64,000 nucleotides of DNA from Spirochaetia bacterium. Its GTDB lineage: Bacteria > Spirochaetota > Spirochaetia > SZUA-6 > Bin103. Each line of letters opens with the position of its first letter. Position 1 is the stretch's first letter. This document shows, piece by piece, positions 17,673-27,791 of the stretch. Location: contig OZ241863.1 of NCBI GenBank assembly GCA_965203055.1, positions 3,136,001-3,200,000 on the forward strand, in the 5' to 3' direction. A model generated the notes under the pieces. The model had not been told where the DNA came from and did not search any database. It saw only the letters and a program-made list of their open reading frames with translations. The translations under genes were made by a program, and so were the position numbers.

Positions 17673-20600
17673 ATGCACCGGACGAGCAGCAGCCATTGGA
17701 TCGAGGTCACCGAGTCGGAGTACGCGTGGGAGCGGGAGGCGCTCCACTACCTGAAGACGCGGCTGCCGGACGGCGAGCCGTTTCGCGCGTGGTCCAACTT
17801 CGAGTTCATCGCCCATGACGGCAGCATCAACGAGGTCGATCTGCTGGTGGTGTCGCTGCACCACGTCTACTTGGTGGAGATCAAGAGTTGGCGCGGCGTG
17901 GTCTCCGGCGATCAGAGCACCTGGACCCGCCGCGTGGAGGGCAGGACGTTCCTGGCCGACAGCCCGCTGCTGCTGGCGAACCGCAAGGCGCGCAAGCTGG
18001 CCTCGTTGCTGAAGGAGCAGCCGGCTCTCGCCAAGGTGCGCCGGCCGTTCCTGGAACCGCTCGTGTTTCTGTCGCAGGCGCGGTGCCGGCTGGAGGGGTT
18101 GGCGCGGACCGGGGTGTACCTGTCGGAGAACCACGCCGGCGCCGGGGAGCCGTCGATCGTCGACGTGCTGAGCGGCGCCGCCGGGTTCGATCCCCGGCGC
18201 CCGCCGCCGCGCATCGACCGCCCGTTGGCGCGGGCGATTGCGCGCGCCATGGAGCAGGCCGGCATCCGTCGCTCGCAGCGGCACCGGCGGGTCTGGGACT
18301 ACGAGTTGCGCGAGCTCCTGCTGGAAACCGATGCGTGGCAGGACTGGGAAGCGGAGCACGTCGCGGTGCCGGGATCGACGCGCCGCATCCGCATCTACCC
18401 GCTGGCCCGCGCCTCGTCGGCGGCGGGCCGCCGGGAACGGCGCGCCGCAGCCGAACGCGAGTATCGCCTGCTCGACGGCGTGGGCCACGACGGCATCCTG
18501 CGCGCGGAGCTGCTGACCGACGCCGAGCAGGGGCCGGCCATCATATTCGAGCACCACCCGGCCGCCGAACGGCTGGATCACTTCCTGGACCGGCGCGGCG
18601 CCGAGCTGTCGCCGGAGACGCGGCTCGACTTGGTGCGCCAGTTGGCCCAGACCGTGCAGTACGCCCACGAGCGGCGGCTCTGCCACCGCGCGCTGAGTCC
18701 GCGCCGCGTTCTGGTGACGGACCCGGCCGCGGAGCGCCCGCGGCTCAAGATCTTCGACTGGCAGACGGCAACCCACGGCGCGAGCGGCACGCGCTCGCCG
18801 CTCGCGCCGGCGACCGCCCCGGCGACCGACCCCGTGAGCGACGAGGCGGAGGGCGTCTACCTGGCCCCGGAAGCCAGCCTGGGCAGCTACGACCCGATGA
18901 AGCTCGACCTGTTCTCGCTGGGCGCGGTTGCCTACCGGGTGTTCGCCGGCGCGCCGCCGGCGCCCACCGTGGCCGCCCTGCACGAGCGTCTGACCCGCAG
19001 CCGCGGCCTGAAGCTCTCCGATCAGATCGACGGCGCGCCGGAGGCGCTGCAACTGGTAGTCGAGTACGCCACCGATCCCGACGCCTCCGGGCGGCTCGAT
19101 TCCGCGGCTGATTTCTGCGGGCAGCTCGATGACGCGGAACGGGAGCTGGCCGCGGCCCGGGAGCCGCGTGAGAAGTTCGCGCACCCGCTCGACGCCGGCC
19201 CGGAAGATATGCTGGAGGGTGGATTCCTGGTGGTGCGCCGGCTCGGCCGGGGCGCGACCGCGCTGGCGCTGCAGGTGGAGCACGACGACCGCGGCGGGGT
19301 GCTCAAGGTGGCGCTCGACCCGACCCGCAACGACCGCGTGCGGCGCGAAGGCGAGCTGCTGCGCTCGCTGCGCCATCCCAACATCGTCGAGGCATACCGC
19401 GAGGTGGAGCTTTCCGGCCACGCCGCGGTCTTCATGGCGCTGGCCGGCGCGGAGAACAAAGGCCGCGCCTACACCCTCGCCGACCGCATCCGGGAGGAGG
19501 GCCGGCTGTCGCTCGATCTGCTGCAGCGCTTCGGCGATCAACTGGTGGGCGTCGTGCAGTGGCTGGAGGAGAAGGGCGTGTCGCACCGCGATCTCAAGCC
19601 CGACAACATCGGCGTGTCGGGCGCGCCGCTCAGCCTGGTGGTGTTCGACTTCTCGCTGGCCGACACGCCGGCGGAACAGATCCGCGCCGGCACGCCGCAG
19701 TACCGCGATCCGTTCCTGGCGTTGCGCCTGCCGCGGCGTTGGGACGCCGGCGCCGAACGCTTCAGCGCGGCCATGACGCTGCATGAGATGGCGACCGGTC
19801 AACTGCCCGGCTGGGGCGACGGGCAGAGCGACCCGGCGCTGCTCGACGAGGAAGTCTCGCTGGACGCCGAGTTGTTCGATTCGTCGGTGCGGGAGGCGCT
19901 GACCGCGTTCTTCCGGACCGCGCTGGCGCGCGACTACCGCGCCCGCTTCGACAACGCCGAGGAGATGCGCCGCGCCTGGTTCCGCTGCTTCGAGGCGATT
20001 GACGTGAGTGCGGCCGGCGGCGAAGAAGGCGAGCTGCCGGAGGAGTTCGACGGCGTGACCGAGGCCACCGCGCTGGCCGAGCTGGGCCTCAGCCCGCGCC
20101 TGCTGAACGCCCTGGAGCGGATCGGCGCGCACACGGTGGCCGAGCTGATCGGGCTGCCGCGCATCCGCCTGTACCGCAACCAGGGCATCGGGCAGCGCGT
20201 CGTCAAGCAGATTCGCCGGCTGTCGGAGGGGCTGGCCGAGCACCTGGCCGAACGGGGGCGGACGGTCGCCGCCACCACCGCCGGCGAGGCGCAGGAGTAC
20301 CCGGCCGACCCGGCGGTCTGGAGCATCGACCTGCTGGCGTCGCGGCTGAAGAGGCGCGGCTCCGCGCCCGCCGCCGCGGCCGGCGGCAGTTGGATGAAGC
20401 CGTTGCGCGACTCGGTGGCGGCGCTGGCGGCGGGCCACGGCGGCGTGATGACGGAGGATGAGCTGGTCGGGGCGCTGGCCGCGGCGCGCGGTTCGGCGGC
20501 GTCCGGCGGCGAACGGCTGCGCCGCGCCGGCCTGGTTGCCGAGGCGGCGCTGGAAGCGGAAGGCAAGCGCCGGGACTGCCGCTACCGCGCGCATCCCGGT

Positions 20601-21719
20601 GCCGCCGGCGCGCTGATCCTGGCGACGGCGGCGCTGGACCCCGCGCTGAGCGCGGCGCCGGCGGCGCGCGCCGACTACGTGCGGCGACTCGGCGCGGTGG
20701 CCGACCGGCTTGCCGATGCCGACCCGCTCGCCTCGCCGGCGCGCGTGCGCGAGGAGCTGGCGGCGGTCGAGGCGCCGGCGGGCATGCCGCCGCTCGACCC
20801 GGACCGGTGCGTGCGGCTGGCGGTGCGGGCGGCGGCGCGGGCGGAGCTCTCCTCGCGCGGCGAGCTGTACCCGCGCGGCATGGCCGCGGCGCGCGCCGTC
20901 AAGCTCGGCGCCAGCTCGCTGCTCGGCCCCCGGGAGCTGACGGCGCGGCAACTCCGGGAGCGGCTGGCGAGCCGCTACCCGGCAGCCGAGCGGCTGCCGG
21001 GGCGTCCCCGGCTGGATGAACTCCTGGATGCGGCCGGGCTCAAGCTGGCGTGGGACCGGGAGCGGGCGAGGTACCGCGCGCGGACCCCGCCGCACCGTCG
21101 CACGACCGGCACCACCTCGTCCCCGGCCGGCGCCGGCGACCAGGAAGCGTACGCCGCGGATGCTCTGGACGAACGGCTGCGGCGCACGATCCGCGCGCAA
21201 GGCTTTCTGACGCTGTCGGTCCCGCCGCGCTACTTCATGGACGCCGAGCGCTACCTGGCGGCCGGCTTCGAGCTGGCCGCGTTCAGCCTGGAGGCGGAGC
21301 TGATCCGCCACATGCGGGCGCTGGCGGCCGAACTGGGCGCCGATTGGCAGGTCGTGGTCGCCGCCGACGCGGCGCCCTCGGGCAGCGTCGATCACCGCCG
21401 TCTGAACCAGCTCGTGCAACGGGCGGCGGAGCGGCTGCAGCGCGCGCTCGTCGGCGCGGACGCCCCGCTGCTGCTGTCCCGTTCCGGTCTGCTGGCGCGC
21501 TACCGCCGGCTCGACCTGCTGGCCGCGGTGCAGGACGAATGCCAGCGCGGCGCGGCGCGCGCGGCGCGGATACTCTGCATCGCCGGAGGCGCGCCCGACG
21601 GTCTGCCGGTGATCGACCGCCAGGCGCTGCCGGTGGTGGTAGCCTCGGCCTGGGCGCGCCCCGGCGCCGCCTGGCTTTCCCGCGCCGCCGCCGCAGGTGA
21701 AGGAGGAAATCGCGGATGA
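17673..21719 (+). CDS. pglW: BREX type 2/Pgl Ser/Thr kinase PglW (NERD + pseudokinase + kinase + RNAP alpha-CTD-like)
   Basis: SEYAWEREAL, AWSNFEF, EVDLL, VEIKS (NERD); HRALSP (first kinase, lacks D); HRDLKPDN/FDFSL/GTPQYRDPF; LGLSPRLLNALER; ELYPRGM. Start at ATG 17673. Confidence 0.93.
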   Translation: MHRTSSSHWIEVTESEYAWEREALHYLKTRLPDGEPFRAWSNFEFIAHDGSINEVDLLVVSLHHVYLVEIKSWRGVVSGDQSTWTRRVEGRTFLADSPLLLANRKARKLASLLKEQPALAKVRRPFLEPLVFLSQARCRLEGLARTGVYLSENHAGAGEPSIVDVLSGAAGFDPRRPPPRIDRPLARAIARAMEQAGIRRSQRHRRVWDYELRELLLETDAWQDWEAEHVAVPGSTRRIRIYPLARASSAAGRRERRAAAEREYRLLDGVGHDGILRAELLTDAEQGPAIIFEHHPAAERLDHFLDRRGAELSPETRLDLVRQLAQTVQYAHERRLCHRALSPRRVLVTDPAAERPRLKIFDWQTATHGASGTRSPLAPATAPATDPVSDEAEGVYLAPEASLGSYDPMKLDLFSLGAVAYRVFAGAPPAPTVAALHERLTRSRGLKLSDQIDGAPEALQLVVEYATDPDASGRLDSAADFCGQLDDAERELAAAREPREKFAHPLDAGPEDMLEGGFLVVRRLGRGATALALQVEHDDRGGVLKVALDPTRNDRVRREGELLRSLRHPNIVEAYREVELSGHAAVFMALAGAENKGRAYTLADRIREEGRLSLDLLQRFGDQLVGVVQWLEEKGVSHRDLKPDNIGVSGAPLSLVVFDFSLADTPAEQIRAGTPQYRDPFLALRLPRRWDAGAERFSAAMTLHEMATGQLPGWGDGQSDPALLDEEVSLDAELFDSSVREALTAFFRTALARDYRARFDNAEEMRRAWFRCFEAIDVSAAGGEEGELPEEFDGVTEATALAELGLSPRLLNALERIGAHTVAELIGLPRIRLYRNQGIGQRVVKQIRRLSEGLAEHLAERGRTVAATTAGEAQEYPADPAVWSIDLLASRLKRRGSAPAAAAGGSWMKPLRDSVAALAAGHGGVMTEDELVGALAAARGSAASGGERLRRAGLVAEAALEAEGKRRDCRYRAHPGAAGALILATAALDPALSAAPAARADYVRRLGAVADRLADADPLASPARVREELAAVEAPAGMPPLDPDRCVRLAVRAAARAELSSRGELYPRGMAAARAVKLGASSLLGPRELTARQLRERLASRYPAAERLPGRPRLDELLDAAGLKLAWDRERARYRARTPPHRRTTGTTSSPAGAGDQEAYAADALDERLRRTIRAQGFLTLSVPPRYFMDAERYLAAGFELAAFSLEAELIRHMRALAAELGADWQVVVAADAAPSGSVDHRRLNQLVQRAAERLQRALVGADAPLLLSRSGLLARYRRLDLLAAVQDECQRGAARAARILCIAGGAPDGLPVIDRQALPVVVASAWARPGAAWLSRAAAAGEGGNRG

Positions 21720-22746
21720 TCCATCTCAGCAGCTTCGCGGCGGTTCACTACCGCGGCCTGGACGGCCTGTCCATCCCCCGGCTGTCCGCCGCCAACCTGG
21801 TGACCGGTGCGAACGGCATCGGCAAGACCGCGCTGCTGGAAGCGATCTGGCTGTTCGTGGGCCGTTACAACCCGGTGCAATTGTGGAATACGAGCATCCA
21901 GCGCTCCGCGTATCCCGTTCTTGATCCGGTCACACGCTTGTCTCATGGGGCAGTGGAACTGCACGGACACGAGAACGGGTCGCGCCACGAACTGAAATGT
22001 ACGTTTGAGTCCGTTCCCTACGCCGGAACGGCCGCGGCGGTTGGCCGCACCGCGGACTCTACGGTCGGCCGTCTGCAAACCCGTATCGACGGGAAGATCG
22101 CGGAAGGGAAGATCGAAGGATTGCATCAAGCACCTGGCGGCACAGTGCGATTCGCAAATCCTAACGCACCGGAGCTGCGGCCGAATTGCATCATAGAGGG
22201 TACCAAATATCAGCAGGATGACTTCGATCATTACCTGAAATACTATTCCGAAATGGTAAGAGAATCCCGAAAGGATGAGTTGACATCCACTCTCAACTCG
22301 ATTCTTCCGGGTATCCGCAGCATCGAGATTCTGATCGACGAGAGCCGGAACACTTACCTGTCAGCGGTTACCGCGGACGGCGAGCAGTTGCCCGTCGATC
22401 ATCTGGGTAGCGGCGTCGTCCGATTGCTGCGGATTCGCTGAGCATGTTCATGTCCAGATACGGAATACTGCTTGCGGATGAGCTGGAAAACGGCATCCAC
22501 TACTCCGCCTTGCAGGATGTCTGGAAGCACATTCGCCGCCGGATGGAGGCGTGGAACGTGCAAATCGTGGCCACCACACATAGCGATGATTGCATCGATG
22601 CGGCGATCGCGGCGTTTGATGATGCGCCCGATGACCTGTCCATACATCAGCTCTTCGTGAACGGAACAACCGGGGGAGTCGACGCAACGACCTTTACCGG
22701 CGTAGCCCTCGAAGGAGCACGCGATCTCAACCTGGAGGTCCGTTGA
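21716..22746 (+). pseudogene. ABC/AAA_21-type ATPase split by a -1 frameshift at ~22436
   Basis: ORF 21716..22441 has Walker A GANGIGKT and signature LGSG; ORF 22444..22746 has Walker B ILLADELENGIH and H-loop ATTHS. One added base joins them. Confidence 0.8.
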
Positions 22747-22858
22747 CAGTGAGCACACGACATCGGACAGATGAGGCCCCTGTACGAGATGTAGGAAATA
22801 AGCAAAACCGAGCTGCAGCTAGCACTCGTGACGAGACGAGGATGATCCTGGACTAGCG

Positions 22859-23299
22859 ATGGCAGTCATATATGACGACCGGGAAATCGATGCGATGATA
22901 AAGGACCCTAAATGTGCCCCGTCCGACTGGCATGACCGGATTCGTCTGAAGCCAAAGTGCGGTCATAGCAGGCAGCAGGTGGAACTCGTCGGCCATAGCG
23001 GGAGTCGATTTCTTGTGATATTCAGGCAGAACTTGATCACTCATTTGGATTTTTCGATCATACTGGCAGTCCGATTGTCAACCTCTGTATTTAGACTCTT
23101 GCGCTACAACGGTAAGAGTCACGAACACTCCAACCATATTGAGCAAACCAAATTCTATGAATTCCATATCCATAGGGCGACAGAACGATACCAGAAGGTA
23201 GGACCAAGGGAAGATGTATATGCCGAACCAACGGACCGCTACAGTGACCGGAGTGGTGCACTGAAGTGTTTGATAGATGACGCCAACATCAAGATATAG
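22859..23299 (+). CDS. DUF6978-like His-motif protein
   Basis: LLRYNGKSHEHSN...FHIHRATERYQ pattern, directly upstream of a DUF1828 gene; lower GC than the flanks. Confidence 0.65.
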   Translation: MAVIYDDREIDAMIKDPKCAPSDWHDRIRLKPKCGHSRQQVELVGHSGSRFLVIFRQNLITHLDFSIILAVRLSTSVFRLLRYNGKSHEHSNHIEQTKFYEFHIHRATERYQKVGPREDVYAEPTDRYSDRSGALKCLIDDANIKI

Positions 23300-23337
23300 T
23301 ACGATTCACAGGGCAGTCTCTTCGAGGAGTAATCGTG

Positions 23338-24150
23338 ATGACCAAAGATACGATAGAACGCGACTTCCGCGACAAGGTATCAAAACAGATCAGACTACAC
23401 CCGGAAGGATTGAACCGCTTCCGTGTGTTCAACCCGTTTCTGTTCGAGGATGGCGATCATTTGGTTGTCGTATTGAAGAAGGAACGAGGTAAATGGGTGC
23501 TTTCCGATGAGGCGCATACCTTCATGCACCTTACCTATAGTATAGAAGAAGAATTTCTTCTACGTGGCAAAATCCGTAAGTTTGTCTCCTCTGTACTGTC
23601 GACGTTAGATGTCGAGGACCGTGATGGAGAATTGGTATTATACGTCCCTGAAGAGCGCTACGGGGATGCTCTCTATTCCTTCATCCATACGTTATTATTC
23701 ATAATAGGACACTTCGAATATCTGTCACCTGGACCTATTCAATCTACGTTCATGGAGGACTTTCGATCCCTGTTGAGCGAAGCGGTACCGGAAGATAGCA
23801 GGTCTTTCGACTGGACCGATCCGGAACGTGATCCGTTTCGAAAATATACCGTAGATTGTCGGATCAGTGGCATGCGGCGGCCGCTATTTATTCATGCTCT
23901 TGCCAACGACGACCGGACCAGGGACGCCACGATAGCACTGCTCAAGTTCCAGGAGTGGGGAATCGAGTTCCGCGCTCTCGGCATCTTCGAGGATCAGGAA
24001 TCGATCAACCGGAGAGTTCTGGCACGCTACAGCGACATCTGCGAGAAGCAGTTTTCCAGCCTTTTGGAGAATCGAGCAGGAATCGTCCATTATCTGAGCG
24101 AGACCATCGGCGTGCCTGATGGCCGAGCCGGGGCTCGCGATGCCGATTGA
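23338..24150 (+). CDS. DUF1828-domain protein
   Basis: PFLFEDGDHLVVVL...WVLSDEAHT, STFMEDF, YTVDCRI; GAGGAG SD upstream; overlaps the pglX start. Confidence 0.75.
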   Translation: MTKDTIERDFRDKVSKQIRLHPEGLNRFRVFNPFLFEDGDHLVVVLKKERGKWVLSDEAHTFMHLTYSIEEEFLLRGKIRKFVSSVLSTLDVEDRDGELVLYVPEERYGDALYSFIHTLLFIIGHFEYLSPGPIQSTFMEDFRSLLSEAVPEDSRSFDWTDPERDPFRKYTVDCRISGMRRPLFIHALANDDRTRDATIALLKFQEWGIEFRALGIFEDQESINRRVLARYSDICEKQFSSLLENRAGIVHYLSETIGVPDGRAGARDAD

Positions 24151-27100
24151 CCGGCGGGAGCTGCTGAGCGATCTGCGGCGCCAGCTCCGGCTGCTGGAGC
24201 GGGACCTGGCCGCGCGCGCCGACGGCGTGCCGGAGATGGCCGCCGCGCTGCAGGCGGAGTATCAGGCGGCGCGCGCCGCCGAGCGCACCGCCGCGACCTT
24301 CCGCGTCTGGCGCGCCGGCGAACTCACCCAGGCCGCAGTCGCGTGGCTGCTCGGCGCCGTGTTCGTGCGCTTCATCGAGGACAACGGGCTGATCGACGAG
24401 CCGCTGATCAGCGGCCCGAACCGCGCCATCGATCGGGCGGAGGAGCGCCAGCTACGCTACTTTCGCTCCCATCCCACCGCGACCGACCGCGACTACCTGC
24501 TTCACGGGTTCGCCGCCGTCGCCCGCCTGCCGGCGCTGGCCATGCTCTACGACCGCGCCCGCAACCCGGTGTGGCGCCTCGGCATCTCCGGCGACGCGGC
24601 GCGCGGCCTGCTGGAGTTCTGGCGCACCGTGAACCCGGACACCGGCGTGCTGCGCCACGACTTCACCGACTCCGAGTGGGACACCCGCTTCCTGGGCGAC
24701 CTGTACCAGGACCTGTCCGACGACGCCAAGAAGCGCTACGCCCTGTTGCAGACGCCGGAGTTCGTCGAGGAGTTCATCCTGGAGCGCACGCTGACGCCGG
24801 CGCTGGAACAGTTCGGGCTGGCCGCAGTGCGCCTGATCGACCCGGCCTGCGGCTCCGGTCACTTCCTGCTCGGCGCGTTCCAGCGGCTGCTGCGCCGGTG
24901 GCGCGCCTGCGAGCCCGAAGCGCCGAAACAGGAGCTGGCGCAGCGCGCGCTGGCCGCCGTGCACGGCGTGGACGTCAACCCGTTCGCGACGGCGATCGCG
25001 CGCTTCCGGCTGGTGGTGGCGGCGCTGCGGGCGAGCGGCATCAGGCGCCTGCGAGAGGCGCCGGCGTTCCCGCTCAACGTGGCCGCCGGCGACAGCCTGC
25101 TCCACGGACGCCGCTTCGGGGAGCTGGACCTGGGCAGCGGCGCGGAACAGCACGCGCTCACCGGCCAGGCCGAGTTCGCGCACGCCTTCCAGTCCGAAGA
25201 CCTCGACGCCCTGAACCGCATCCTCGGCCAGCAATATCACGTGGTGGTAGGGAACCCTCCCTACATCACGGTGAAGGACAAGGCGGTCAACCAGTTGTAC
25301 CGAGCCCGCTACACGACCTGCCGCATGAAGTACGCCATGGGCGTACCGTTCGCCGAGCGACTGTTCGATTTGGCGCTGCACGGCGACTCGGCCGGGTACG
25401 TCGGACAGATCACCTCCAACTCGTTCATGAAGCGCGAGTTCGGCAAGAAGCTGATAGAACGGTTCTTCTCACAGCTCGATCTGACTCACGTCGTCGATAC
25501 GTCGGGGGCCTACATCCCGGGACATGGCACGCCCACCGTGATTCTGGTTGGCCGATCACGCGCTCCGGCGGCCGATACCGTCAGATGCGTGATGGGACTC
25601 CGGGGCGAGCCGACGCCGCCTGCGGTCCCGTCGCGCGGGCGGGTATGGACGGCGATCGTCGAACAGATAGACCGGACCGAAAGCGAATCCGAATGGGTCA
25701 GCGTGGTCGATTACGAACGACGCCACCTGAACGTTCATCCCTGGTCGCTCGGCGGAGGCGCCGCCGTCGATCTGAAGCGGAAGCTGGATGAGTGCGGGGC
25801 CGCGACCCTTGGGCAACGATCGACCGCGATTGGGGTCATGGCGGTAACCGGAGAAGATGAGGTCTTCTCACGTCCAAGTGGTCGAGACTTCGAGCGTCTT
25901 GGCGTAGTGCAGCGTGTATTGCGCCCGTTTGTGGAAGGTAATCGCATTCGTGACTGGGCCATTGCATCGTCGTCCATTTGCGTCTACGACTATGATGCAA
26001 CGGGTTCATTCGTCGCATCCGACACGCCGCCGCCAGTTTTCTGGCCTTATCGAACCAGGTTGCGATCCGGATTAGCGTTTGGTAAGACACGTCAAGAGCG
26101 GGGGATGAACTGGCGTGAATTGTCGTTCGTTATGAAGGACAAGCTCTACACTCTCCTTTCCATTTCCTTAGCCGAAGTTGCTACTCACAATCACTTCGTG
26201 TTCGATCGCGGCGGACGAGTCTTCTCCCAAACCGCGCCCGTGATCAAACTACCGAAGGATGCCAGCGAAACGGATCATCTTGCACTGGTGGGAATCCTCA
26301 ACAGTTCCACGGCGTGCTTCTGGCTGAAGCAGGTAGCGCACAATAAGGGAAGTACCGTCGATGTGAGGGGTGCGCGCCAAACCACCGATTCATTCGAGAA
26401 CTTCTTCCAATTCAATGCTACCAAATTGAAGGGCATTCCGCTTCCTGCCGAGCGTCCTGACAAGCTTGCGGAAGCAATTGATCGCCTTGCTGCTGAGCGG
26501 CAGTCCCATCTGCCGGCGCAACTGACCGACCGCTTTCCCCTGACGCCGGAGGAACTGGATGCTCACTGCGACGCTGCGGCGTCTCTGCAGGCGCGCATGA
26601 TCGCCCTGCAGGAGGAACTCGACTGGGAGTGCTACCGCCTCTACGGCATCATCGACGAAGACTGCCGGTATTCCGCCGGCAACGGCACCGGAGACCGCTC
26701 CGAACCGCCTCCGCTGGCGCTGGGGGAGCGCGCCTTCGAGATCGTCATGGCGCGGCGGATGGCGGCGGGCGAACTGGAGACCCGGTGGTTCGAGCGCCAC
26801 GGCTCCACCCCGATCACCGAGGCGCCGGCCCACTGGCCGGAGGACCACCGCGCCCTGGTTGCCCGCCGCATCGAGCTGATCGGGTCCGACCGCTTCGTCG
26901 GGCTGCTCGAAAGGCCGGAGTACAAGCGCCGCTGGAACACCGAACCGTGGGAGGATCAGGAACGGCGCGCCCTCCGCGCCTGGCTCCTCGACCGGCTGGA
27001 GTCGCCCGCCTACTGGCCGGAGCCCCGGCTCACCACCGTCCGCGAGCTCGCCGCGCGGGCGGCCGCGGATGCCGACTTTCAGCAGGCCGCCGCCCGCTTC

Positions 27101-27790
27101 TCCTATCGCGCCTACGGCTACCTCGACGCGCTGATCGCCGAGCTGGTGGAGGCCGAAAGCGTGCCGGCGCTGCCGGCGCTGCGCTACAAGCCCTCCGGCC
27201 TGGCCAAGCGCGCCGACTGGGAGGCGGTCTGGGCCGCGCAGCGGCGCGAGGACGAAATCGACGCCGAAACGGCCGCCGCGACCCCTCGACTAGCCGGCGA
27301 GACCGAAGATCAGCATGCCGCCCGCCTCAAGACTGAACAGGACCGCCGCAAGCGGGACGAGCTCGGCGACCTGGCGCCGCCGCCCAAGTACCGCGCGGGC
27401 GACTTTCTGAAAGCCGGCTACTGGCGTCTGCGCGGCGCCCTCGACGTGCCCAAGGAGCGCTTCTTCAGCTTGCCGGGCGTGAGCGGCGACGACGATCCCA
27501 CGCTCCTGGTCGGCTGCGCCGGGTGGGACCACTTGACCCTCTGCCAGGCGCTGGCCGCCTACTACAACGAGGCCGACGAGCGCGACGGCTGGACCGCGGC
27601 CCGGGCCGCCCCGCTGCTGGCGGCGATCCGGGAGCACGTGCCGTGGCTCAAGCAGTGGCACAACGACCTCGACGAGGAATACCAGGAGCGTCTGGGCGAC
27701 GTCTACGACAGCTTCGTTCGCTCGCAACTCGCGCGGTTCCGTCTGACCGAACACGATCTGCGGCACTGGGCGCCGCCGGGGCGCTCCTGA
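24140..27790 (+). CDS. pglX: BREX type 2 adenine DNA methyltransferase PglX
   Basis: [92 protein letters not shown]. Confidence 0.95.
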   Translation: MPIDRRELLSDLRRQLRLLERDLAARADGVPEMAAALQAEYQAARAAERTAATFRVWRAGELTQAAVAWLLGAVFVRFIEDNGLIDEPLISGPNRAIDRAEERQLRYFRSHPTATDRDYLLHGFAAVARLPALAMLYDRARNPVWRLGISGDAARGLLEFWRTVNPDTGVLRHDFTDSEWDTRFLGDLYQDLSDDAKKRYALLQTPEFVEEFILERTLTPALEQFGLAAVRLIDPACGSGHFLLGAFQRLLRRWRACEPEAPKQELAQRALAAVHGVDVNPFATAIARFRLVVAALRASGIRRLREAPAFPLNVAAGDSLLHGRRFGELDLGSGAEQHALTGQAEFAHAFQSEDLDALNRILGQQYHVVVGNPPYITVKDKAVNQLYRARYTTCRMKYAMGVPFAERLFDLALHGDSAGYVGQITSNSFMKREFGKKLIERFFSQLDLTHVVDTSGAYIPGHGTPTVILVGRSRAPAADTVRCVMGLRGEPTPPAVPSRGRVWTAIVEQIDRTESESEWVSVVDYERRHLNVHPWSLGGGAAVDLKRKLDECGAATLGQRSTAIGVMAVTGEDEVFSRPSGRDFERLGVVQRVLRPFVEGNRIRDWAIASSSICVYDYDATGSFVASDTPPPVFWPYRTRLRSGLAFGKTRQERGMNWRELSFVMKDKLYTLLSISLAEVATHNHFVFDRGGRVFSQTAPVIKLPKDASETDHLALVGILNSSTACFWLKQVAHNKGSTVDVRGARQTTDSFENFFQFNATKLKGIPLPAERPDKLAEAIDRLAAERQSHLPAQLTDRFPLTPEELDAHCDAAASLQARMIALQEELDWECYRLYGIIDEDCRYSAGNGTGDRSEPPPLALGERAFEIVMARRMAAGELETRWFERHGSTPITEAPAHWPEDHRALVARRIELIGSDRFVGLLERPEYKRRWNTEPWEDQERRALRAWLLDRLESPAYWPEPRLTTVRELAARAAADADFQQAAARFSYRAYGYLDALIAELVEAESVPALPALRYKPSGLAKRADWEAVWAAQRREDEIDAETAAATPRLAGETEDQHAARLKTEQDRRKRDELGDLAPPPKYRAGDFLKAGYWRLRGALDVPKERFFSLPGVSGDDDPTLLVGCAGWDHLTLCQALAAYYNEADERDGWTAARAAPLLAAIREHVPWLKQWHNDLDEEYQERLGDVYDSFVRSQLARFRLTEHDLRHWAPPGRS

Positions 27791-27791
27791 A

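Noticed and set aside
17601..21419. Very long antisense ORFs (1272 aa here; also 32936-36340, 36547-39027, 48859-51936, 54951-57203, 2317-4209)
   Set aside because: Shadow frames of real genes in high-GC DNA; no motifs, and the opposite strand has clear family signatures.
22749..22856. Short ORF after the frameshifted ATPase
   Set aside because: About 35 codons, no motif, no clear SD.
24140..27790. Phase-variable homopolymer tract in pglX, as described for Streptomyces Pgl
   Set aside because: No long G or C run noticed in this gene.
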